Origin: Streptosporangiaceae bacterium
GTDB lineage: Bacteria > Actinomycetota > Actinomycetes > Streptosporangiales > Streptosporangiaceae
Length of the DNA stretch: 64,000 nt
Assembly (NCBI GenBank): GCA_035765195.1
Contig: DASTYC010000026.1
Span: 170,684 to 234,683, forward strand
Reading direction: 5' to 3'
Positions within the stretch are counted from its first letter, which is position 1. Each line of letters opens with the position of its first letter. Position numbers and translations under genes: made by a program. The notes under the pieces were generated by a model that saw only the letters and a program-made list of their open reading frames with translations, was not told where the DNA came from and ran no database searches. Positions 57,231 through 64,000 of the stretch are shown in pieces.

Positions 57231-58549
57231 ACCGCAGCTTAACGCGCGAGTGCTTCGCGACCACCGGAGTGGCGTCCGGTGAGGTGCTGGTGGTGACCGA
57301 ATTCGCGCATCCGGAACGCGGCCCGGTCCGGTGCGCCGCCGCACCGGCCGTGGCCGGCTCGGTGCGCCGCGCCGGCGCGCGGGTGCGGTTCGGCGCCGCG
57401 GCGACCGCCGACGGCCCCGGCACCGGCGGGCCCGCCGTGCTGTTCTTCGCCTCCTACCGCGACCGCACCGGACCCGCGGTCGGTTTCGGCGCGGCGGCGG
57501 CGACCGCGGACGCCGCCGCCATGGCCGCCGCCCGTGCCGCCGTCGCGGAGTGGGCGGCGGTGCTGCGCACCCGCCGGCTGCTGCTCGCCGCCACCGACCC
57601 GGCCTGCGCCGGCGCGCGGCGGGCGCGGGAGCGCGCCGAACGCCTCCTCGGCCGAACCGGCGCCGCCGGCCCCCGTCTGTACGTCTACGGGCGGCTCACC
57701 TGGAACCCGGCGGTCGCGGCGGAACTGGAACGGCGCGGCGCGGTCTTCGTCGCCGGGCTCGACCGCGTGCCCGAGGGGGCCACGCTGCTGCTGCCCGCGC
57801 ACGGGGCGCCCCCGGACGTGCGCGCAGAGGCAGCCGCGCGGCACCTGCGGGTCATCGACGCCACCTGCCCGTTGGCCGCCGCGGCGCACGACGCGACCCG
57901 GGCGTACGCGGCGCGCGGCGACACGATCGCGGTGATCGGGGATCCGGGCCACGCGTCCGCCGCCGCGACCCGCGGCCAGGCACCGGGGCGCACCCTCCAG
58001 GTCCGCGGCGTCGCCGACGTCGCCGCGCTCGACGTCCCCGATCCGCGGCGGCTGTCGTATGTCCTGCAGCCCGGCATGCCCGTCGAGGCGGTGACTCCGA
58101 TCGTGGCGGCGCTGCGTGCCCGTTACCCCGCGCTGCGCGGGCAGCATCCCGATCAGTTCTGCTACGCCGCGTCCGACCGGCTGGCCGCGATCCGCGGCGC
58201 GAGTACGCTCAGCGACCGCACGCTGGTGCTCGGCGGCGCCGACTGCGCCGACTCGCAGCGGCTGCTGGAGGTCGCGGGCGGCGCACGGCTCGTCACCGCC
58301 GCCGGCGACCTCCGTCCCGAGTGGCTCGCCGGGGCGGCGACCGTGACGTTGACCTGCGGGCTGGGAGCCGCTCCCGGGCTGCCGGCCGAGGTCATCGCGA
58401 CGTTGTCCGGGCTCGGCCCGCTCAGTGTCGTCGAGCGGCGCGTCACCAGCGAGGTCGTCGCCGTCCCCGTCGTTCACAGCCCCGGCGGCGGCTCCGGCGG
58501 CGAGGCCGCGCGCCGCCACAGCGTGCCGGCGGCGACGTTGCCGCGATAG
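57227..58549 (+). CDS. divergent IspH/LytB-like [4Fe-4S] protein (HMBPP reductase paralogue with substituted catalytic and substrate-binding residues and Ala-rich insertions)
   Basis: Three cluster-ligand Cys in conserved contexts (ERGPVRCAAAP, IDATCPLAAAAH, DQFCYAASDRLAAI) and strong colinearity with IspH (LDRVPEGATLLLPAHGAPPDV). The HEEVEGT Glu is replaced (GHASAAAT), TT by GM, SxN by ADCADS. Confidence 0.75.
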   Translation: MNRSLTRECFATTGVASGEVLVVTEFAHPERGPVRCAAAPAVAGSVRRAGARVRFGAAATADGPGTGGPAVLFFASYRDRTGPAVGFGAAAATADAAAMAAARAAVAEWAAVLRTRRLLLAATDPACAGARRARERAERLLGRTGAAGPRLYVYGRLTWNPAVAAELERRGAVFVAGLDRVPEGATLLLPAHGAPPDVRAEAAARHLRVIDATCPLAAAAHDATRAYAARGDTIAVIGDPGHASAAATRGQAPGRTLQVRGVADVAALDVPDPRRLSYVLQPGMPVEAVTPIVAALRARYPALRGQHPDQFCYAASDRLAAIRGASTLSDRTLVLGGADCADSQRLLEVAGGARLVTAAGDLRPEWLAGAATVTLTCGLGAAPGLPAEVIATLSGLGPLSVVERRVTSEVVAVPVVHSPGGGSGGEAARRHSVPAATLPR

Positions 58550-59862
58550 GGCCGGATCCGCGCCCGCAAGGTCGCCAGGGCGGCGTCGGCCCGGCCGCAC
58601 CGCAGGTACGGATAGTCGTCGAGAAACCGGTGCCAGGTCTCGACGGCGGCCTCGAGATGGCCGTGATCGAGCTGCAGGCCGGCCAGCCGCGCCAGCGTGA
58701 TCGTCCTGGCCCGGCGTTCGGTGCGCGGCCGATGGCGCAGCGACGAGGTCAGCGCCGCGATGGCCCCGGTCCGGTCGCCGAGGGCCACGAGCATCTCGGC
58801 CCGCTGGTGGTCCAGCGCGGCGCGGTGGTACGCGCCGATCACGTCCGACGTCGAGTCCCTGCGGTCCAGGGCGCGTTCGGCCGCGCGCATGTCGGCGAGC
58901 GCCCCGCGGTCGCCCACGCCGGCCCGTGCCACGGCGAGCTGGCCGAGGAGGAAGGCCCGGGTCGCCGGCCGCGCGGCCCGCGAGCCGCCGGTCACCGCGG
59001 CCTCGGCCAGATGCAGAGCGTGGACGTGGTGACCCAGGTAGTGCGCCTGTACGCTCATCGCCCGCAGCACGACGCCGTAGGCCTGCCGGTCCTCGGCCGC
59101 GGCCGCCAGCCGCAGGGCGATCGCGTAGTAGCGCTGCGCCGCGCCGTGCATGGTGTCGTCGAAGCACATGAAGCCGCACAGGTATGTCAGGTTCGCTGCC
59201 GCGGCGAGCATCCGGCCGTGCGTGGCGGGAGCACCGGCGGGGCGCAGCCGAGGGGCGATGTCGGAGGCCAGATACGCCGCCAGTGCGGACCGCGCGTGTC
59301 CGCCCCCGAAGGCGGCGTCCGCGTCGGAGAAGAAGTTGGCGACCCAGGCGGCGGCCTCCACCTGGCCGGGCCAGTCCGACGGCCCGGTCGCGGCGGCCGC
59401 CGCTTCGACACGGCCCTGCCGCCGGGCGGCCCCTCGTGGCGGCGGCGGCAGGGCCAGCGTGTAGACGGCGCCGCGCAGCTCCGCGCGCCGCGCCGGGTCG
59501 GCGTCCGCGCTGCCCAGCTCGGCCAGCGCCCCCGCGATGTCCGCGGCGGTCGCCGCGACGGGAGCTGTGGTCCAGCGCGCGGCGCCGGAGGCCGGACTCT
59601 CGTCCGGCTCGGCGAGCCCGACGGCGCGGACGGTGATCGGGCGGCCGAGCCTGCGGGAGAACGCCTCGGCGATCAGCTCCGGTACGGGCGAGCGCGGCCT
59701 GACTCCGGCCAGCCAGTGCGCCACCGACGCGCGCGTGTAACGCAGCCGCCGGCCCGACTCGGCGCCGATGGCGTTGACGGCGCGGGCCAGTCCCTGCCCG
59801 GTCCAGCGGGCCTCGGCGAGCAGGGTGCGGAGTCGTTCGTTGGGTTCGCGCTGGGCGGCCAT
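58474..59862 (-). CDS. XRE-family transcriptional regulator with C-terminal TPR-like helical domain
   Basis: N-terminal HTH (LRTLLAEARWTGQGLARAVNAIGAESGRRLRYTRASVAHWLAG) followed by a helical repeat region. Its 3' end overlaps the IspH-like 3' end by 76 nt, convergently. Confidence 0.75.
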   Translation of the reverse strand: MAAQREPNERLRTLLAEARWTGQGLARAVNAIGAESGRRLRYTRASVAHWLAGVRPRSPVPELIAEAFSRRLGRPITVRAVGLAEPDESPASGAARWTTAPVAATAADIAGALAELGSADADPARRAELRGAVYTLALPPPPRGAARRQGRVEAAAAATGPSDWPGQVEAAAWVANFFSDADAAFGGGHARSALAAYLASDIAPRLRPAGAPATHGRMLAAAANLTYLCGFMCFDDTMHGAAQRYYAIALRLAAAAEDRQAYGVVLRAMSVQAHYLGHHVHALHLAEAAVTGGSRAARPATRAFLLGQLAVARAGVGDRGALADMRAAERALDRRDSTSDVIGAYHRAALDHQRAEMLVALGDRTGAIAALTSSLRHRPRTERRARTITLARLAGLQLDHGHLEAAVETWHRFLDDYPYLRCGRADAALATLRARIRPYRGNVAAGTLWRRAASPPEPPPGL

Positions 59863-60254
59863 GATGCTCTCCCCGACCGAAAGCCGCGAAGTCGCATGCC
59901 GCGCTACCGCGTCCGGCCGGCATCACCGGGTGGATTTCCCGGGGCCCACCGCCTGCCACCGTCCCTGGTATGAGTTTGACATCGAGCCGGAGTGTGTAAA
60001 TGGACGCGGCGTCGCCGCCTTGTGGACGCCGGCACCACCCGGGAGGCCCACCGGGCGTCTACAGCGTGTCGGTCCCTCGTTACCGCGGCCGGAGTGCTTG
60101 TGCGCCGGTTCACAAGAATGCGACACGTGTTACACGGTCAACTCCCGTGCCCCTTCCTCTCGGGCGCCTCGGCGGTGCTCACTAAGAGTGCAGGCTGACC
60201 GTGCCCGCTGAAGGGGCGGGCCCGTCCACGAGCCCCGTACGGGGGTGAGAACAC

Positions 60255-61298
60255 TTGACCACCGCCGACCACGGAACCGTCGCCGTGCCGCGCCGTACCG
60301 CGACCGAGGTGCTGGCGCGGGCCCGGACGATGGTCGACCCGGCGCTGCGCGCGGCGATCGGACGACTGCCGGACGAACTGCGCCTGATCGCCGGTTACCA
60401 CTTCGGCTGGCTCGATGAGCGCGGCCGGCCCACCACCGCGGCCGCGGGCAAGGCCGTTCGGCCGGCCTTGGTGCTGCTGTGCGCGGAGGCGGTGGGCGGC
60501 GGCGCCGGCGGCGCGCTCCCTGCGGCCGTGGCGGTCGAGCTGGTGCACAACTTCTCGCTGCTGCACGACGACGTGATGGACCGTGACAGACTGCGCCGGC
60601 ACCGGCCGAGCGTGTGGTCGATCTTCGGCACCGCGAACGCCATCCTGGTCGGCGACGCGCTGCACTCGCTGGCCTTCGAGGAGCTCGCCCGCGGCGGCGA
60701 CGACGGCACCGGAGCCCATCGGCTGAGCGGGGCGCTGCTCAGGCTGGCGCGCGGCCAGTGCGCCGACGTCGGCTTCGAACGGCGCATGGACGTCGGGCCC
60801 GTCGAATGCCTGAACATGGCCCGCGACAAGACGGGGGCGCTGCTGGCCGTCGCCTGCGCGCTCGGCGCCTGGTACGGCGGGGGCGGCGCCGAGCGGATCG
60901 ACGGGCTGTGGCGGTTCGGCATGCATCTCGGGCTGGCCTTCCAGCTCGCCGACGATCTGCTCGGCATCTGGGGCGACCCGCGGATCATCGGCAAGCCCGC
61001 CGGCGCGGACCTGCGGCGCAGGAAGAAGACGCTGCCGGTGGTCGCTGCCCTTGCCCAGCGGCATCCCGCGGCGCGCCGGCTCGCCGCGCTCTACGGAGGG
61101 GACGGGCCGCTGGACGACGGCGCCGTCGCCGCCGCGGCGCGGCTCGTCGAGGAGGCCGGCGGCCGCGCCTGGGCGCGGCGCCGGCTCGCGCGCGAACTGG
61201 CCGCGGCCGGCCGGTCGCTGGCGGCCTGCCGGCCGGGCGCAGCGCCCGCCGCGGCGCTGCTCGCCCTCACCGACCTGGTCGCCCGCCGCGGCCACTAG
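60255..61298 (+). CDS. polyprenyl diphosphate synthase (second copy)
   Basis: FARM LLHDDVMDRD and SARM FQLADDLLGIWG. TTG start after a roughly 370-nt leader. Confidence 0.85.
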   Translation: MTTADHGTVAVPRRTATEVLARARTMVDPALRAAIGRLPDELRLIAGYHFGWLDERGRPTTAAAGKAVRPALVLLCAEAVGGGAGGALPAAVAVELVHNFSLLHDDVMDRDRLRRHRPSVWSIFGTANAILVGDALHSLAFEELARGGDDGTGAHRLSGALLRLARGQCADVGFERRMDVGPVECLNMARDKTGALLAVACALGAWYGGGGAERIDGLWRFGMHLGLAFQLADDLLGIWGDPRIIGKPAGADLRRRKKTLPVVAALAQRHPAARRLAALYGGDGPLDDGAVAAAARLVEEAGGRAWARRRLARELAAAGRSLAACRPGAAPAAALLALTDLVARRGH

Positions 61299-61350
61299 GA
61301 CAGAGCGTGCGGGGCGGACGGCTCCCCACGGCTCCCCACATACTTGGGGC

Positions 61351-62823
61351 ATGGACGATGCCGCCCGCCATCTGCCCGCGCCGTGCCTCGTCGTCCTCGT
61401 CGGACCGGGCGCGTCGGGGAAGTCGACATGGGCGGCGGCGCACTTCGCGGCCGACAGCATCGTCTCCAGCGACCGGCTGCGGGCCCTGGTCGGGGCCGGC
61501 GAGGACGACATCGCCGCGAGCGACGACGCGTTCGCGCTGCTCGACCAGGTGGTCAGGCACCGGATGGGCCGCCGGCTCACCACGGTCATCGACACGCTCG
61601 GGCTCGACCCGGCGCGGCGTTCGGCGTGGCTGGCGCTGGCCAGGGAGCACGACGTGCCGTGCGTCGCGGTCGCCTTCGACACACCGGCCGAGGAGTGCCG
61701 GGCCCGCAACCGCGGCCGGGCCAAGCGCATTCCCGCCGACGCGCTGCGGACCCAGTTGCGCGCCTGGACGCGGGTCCGCGCGTCGCTGCCGGACGAGGGG
61801 TTCGCCGCCGTGATCTCGCCGGAGCCCGTACGGGTCGTGCCGGAGGCGTTCGCGGCGGCGCCACAGGCGGCCAGGCGGCAGCGCGAGCAGCCCACCCGGC
61901 TGCGCTTCGGCCTGCACCTCGCCACATATCCGTGGGGATCGTCGATGGGCGAGCGGCTCAGGGAGATCGCCGCGGCCGCCGAGGACGCGGGCTTCGACGC
62001 CATCTACGTGATGGATCATTTTCGCCAGATACCGCAGATCGGGCAGGCATGGGAGGACTTCCTCGAGTCGTACACGACGCTCGCCTACCTGGCCGCCTGC
62101 ACCGAGCGGGTCCGCCTCGGCGCGCTGGTCACCGGCGTCACGTACCGCAACGTCGCGCACCTGGGCAAGATCGTGGCCACCCTCGACGTGCTGAGCGGCG
62201 GCCGGGCGACCTGCGGGCTCGGCCTCGCCTGGTTCAAGGACGAGCACGTCGCCTACGGCTGGGACTTTCCGCCCGTCACCGCGCGCTACGCGCTGCTGGA
62301 GGACGCGCTGCGGCTGCTGCCCGTGCTGTGGGGGCCGGGCAACCGGGCGTTCGAGGGGCGGGTCCTGTCGGTCCCGGACACGACGTGCTATCCGCGCCCC
62401 CTGCAAGATCACGTGCCGATCGTCGTCGGGGGCGGCGGCGAGCGGCGCACGCTGCGGCTGGCCGCCAGGTACGCCGACGCGGCCAACGTCTTCGGCGACG
62501 CGGCCACCGTGCGGCACAAGGCGGCGGTGCTGCGCGACCACTGCGCGGAGGCGGGCCGGGAGGTCGCGCTCACCCATCTGTCGACCGCGCTGGTGGGGGC
62601 CGACGACGGACAGGTCGCCGATCTCGTCGAGCGGTTGCGGCCCCGGCGGCTCGCCGCCGCCCGCTACGCCGCGGCCGTGCACGCCGGCACCGTCGCCGAC
62701 CACGTGGGCCGCTTCCGCGAGCTCGCCGAGGCCGGCGCCGCCGAGGTCATGATCCGGCTCCCCGATCTCACCGATCCCGCTCCCCTGGAGCGGATGGCCA
62801 AGGTCATCGCCGCCTTCCGCTGA
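61351..62823 (+). CDS. fusion protein: N-terminal P-loop kinase (AAA_33 / PNK-like) domain plus C-terminal LLM-class (luciferase-like) F420/flavin-dependent oxidoreductase
   Basis: Walker A GPGASGKST, then an LLM TIM-barrel pattern (LRFGLHLATYPW...DAIYVMDHF...GLGLAWFKDEH). Confidence 0.8.
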   Translation: MDDAARHLPAPCLVVLVGPGASGKSTWAAAHFAADSIVSSDRLRALVGAGEDDIAASDDAFALLDQVVRHRMGRRLTTVIDTLGLDPARRSAWLALAREHDVPCVAVAFDTPAEECRARNRGRAKRIPADALRTQLRAWTRVRASLPDEGFAAVISPEPVRVVPEAFAAAPQAARRQREQPTRLRFGLHLATYPWGSSMGERLREIAAAAEDAGFDAIYVMDHFRQIPQIGQAWEDFLESYTTLAYLAACTERVRLGALVTGVTYRNVAHLGKIVATLDVLSGGRATCGLGLAWFKDEHVAYGWDFPPVTARYALLEDALRLLPVLWGPGNRAFEGRVLSVPDTTCYPRPLQDHVPIVVGGGGERRTLRLAARYADAANVFGDAATVRHKAAVLRDHCAEAGREVALTHLSTALVGADDGQVADLVERLRPRRLAAARYAAAVHAGTVADHVGRFRELAEAGAAEVMIRLPDLTDPAPLERMAKVIAAFR

Positions 62824-62838
62824 CCACCGGCGCGGCGG

Positions 62839-63621
62839 TCAGGCGGGCTGGCAGCGGGGGCACCAGAGCGTGGCGCGGCCGGCCACGCGGCCGCGGGACA
62901 GGCGGGTGCCGCAGCGGGGACAGGCCGCGTCCGGGTCGTCCCGGACGCCGGTCAGCCAGGTGCGGCGGGGCGGCACCCGTTCGTCTTTGACCGACTCGCG
63001 CAGCACGCGGCGCATGGCCCGGTAGAGCCGGGCCCGCTCGGCGTCGTCCAGCTCGCGGGCCGCCCGCATCGGGTTGATCTCGGCGTGCCAGCACATCTCG
63101 TCGGCCAGCAGGTTGCCGAGCCCGGCGATGACCGTCTGATCGGTGAGCGCCGACTTGAGCCGTCCCCGCCGGCCCATGACGAGTTCGTCGAACCGCTCCC
63201 GGGAGACGTCCAGGGCGTCCGGCCCCAGCTCGCCGAGGGCCCGCTCGACCTCGGCGGCGCCGGCCGCGAGCCGCACGCCCTGGAGCTTGCGCATATCGCG
63301 GTAACGCAGCTCACCGCCGCCGAACTCGAAGATGACCCGATCATGGCGATGCTCGGGCTCTCGCCCGTCGTGCCAGGACAGCGAGCCGGTCATCCCGAAA
63401 TGCAGCAGGACCGTCGGTCCGCCGTCGGTCGGCGCGATCAGCCACTTGCCGTGCCGGCGAGGCGAACCGAACCGGTGGCCGCGGACGGCACGGTCGAACC
63501 GGCGCGGGCTGGTCGCACGGACCACGCCGGCGTCGCGGACCCGCACCCGCTCGACCCGCTCGCCCTTCGCGTGCTCGGCGAGGACCCGGCGGAAGCCTTC
63601 GACATCTGGAAGTTCGGGCAT
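62839..63621 (-). CDS. Fpg/Nei family DNA glycosylase
   Basis: N-terminal catalytic MPELPDVE, H2TH region and C-terminal zinc finger CPRCGTRL...CPRCQ. Confidence 0.85.
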   Translation of the reverse strand: MPELPDVEGFRRVLAEHAKGERVERVRVRDAGVVRATSPRRFDRAVRGHRFGSPRRHGKWLIAPTDGGPTVLLHFGMTGSLSWHDGREPEHRHDRVIFEFGGGELRYRDMRKLQGVRLAAGAAEVERALGELGPDALDVSRERFDELVMGRRGRLKSALTDQTVIAGLGNLLADEMCWHAEINPMRAARELDDAERARLYRAMRRVLRESVKDERVPPRRTWLTGVRDDPDAACPRCGTRLSRGRVAGRATLWCPRCQPA

Positions 63622-63669
63622 GTCAAGCGGCATACCCCGCCGACACGGACCCGATCGTCTCGGCCGGGT

Positions 63670-64000
63670 CAGATGGCGGCGGTGCCGATCAGGCCCTCCC
63701 GGGTGACCAGGGCGGTGAGCTCGGCCTCGCTCATCCTCTCGGTGCCCGCGGGCCGGAGCGGCAGCACCATGTAGCGGCTCTCGGCGCTGGCGTCCCACAC
63801 GGTGATCTCCACCTCGGCGGGCAGGTCCAGGCCGAACTCCGCGAGCACCGCCCGCGGCTCCCGGACGACGCGTGCCCGGTAGGCCTCGCTCTTGTACCAC
63901 GACGGCGACGGGCCCAGCAGCCCGATCGGATAGCACGAGCAGAGCGTGCAGACGATGACGTTGTGCCGGGCGGCCGAGTTGGCGACGACCTTGAGGCGCT
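63670..64000 (-). CDS. nitrile hydratase alpha subunit, C-terminal part (5' end outside window)
   Basis: Metal-binding motif VCTLCSCYP translated from the minus strand, followed by a typical NHase alpha C-terminus (...[13 protein letters not shown]). Confidence 0.7.

Noticed and set aside
54175-57344. 578-aa and 1031-aa minus-strand ORFs suggesting one giant gene spanning AMP-ligase and aldolase
   Set aside because: The 1031-aa ORF is simply the AMP-ligase frame staying open upstream. The real start is at MQRPTGAPIN (about 55865). The aldolase is in a different frame with its own start.

Overview
This is a 64 kb stretch of very high-GC (about 70-73 %) actinomycete-type chromosome. It is densely coded on both strands, mostly in small operons with overlapping start and stop codons. 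I see no rRNA, tRNA, CRISPR array, transposase or integrase.

Contents from left to right:
- **1-4310:** a truncated sensor kinase, an amidohydrolase, a PNPOx-like protein and an anti-sigma/ECF-sigma pair.
- **4441-10990, minus strand:** a compact operon of purU, a MetV-like zinc-ribbon protein, MTHFR, an unusual MidA-like methyltransferase, a short core-MetE methionine synthase and metK. This is a complete one-carbon to methionine to SAM module.
- **11238-13061:** a P/A/S-rich secreted protein.
- **13229-14670:** two tandem orphan LuxR-type response regulators.
- **14694-17297:** a class III lanthipeptide synthetase (LanKC type) with no obvious precursor gene next to it.
- **17603-22643:** a LivFGHMK-type ABC importer.
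- **22952-24398:** a second core-MetE paralogue with a NifU-like protein.
- **24451-29781:** a catabolic cassette of Zn-ADH, GMC oxidoreductase, ALDH and an ACMSD-like amidohydrolase.
- **29950-32794:** a two-gene module of a nucleotidyl-cyclase-like/GUN4-like fusion protein plus a flotillin (SPFH) membrane protein.
- **32911-48240:** PaaX-like regulator, GH3 beta-glucosidase, XDH/CODH-like LSM molybdoenzyme, YitJ-like bifunctional homocysteine methyltransferase/MTHFR coupled to a PucR regulator, GH35 beta-galactosidase and a ROK kinase.
- **48280-49425:** a truncated XRE-NB-ARC regulator.
- **50323-62823:** a cryptic terpenoid/prenylation-type cluster. It holds a UbiA-family protein with a degenerate Asp motif, two polyprenyl synthases, a membrane protein, an AMP-ligase, a DhnA-type aldolase, a divergent IspH paralogue preceded by tandem uORFs, an XRE regulator and a P-loop-kinase::LLM F420-type oxidoreductase fusion.
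- **62839-64000:** Fpg/Nei and the 3' end of a nitrile hydratase alpha subunit.

The most interesting candidates for something undescribed are the purU-metVF-X-metE-metK operon (especially X), the cyclase/GUN4 plus flotillin pair, the divergent IspH with its uORF leader inside the terpenoid cluster, and the orphan LanKC linked to the response regulators by a shared inverted repeat.

Hand-located motif coordinates may be off by 1-3 nt.
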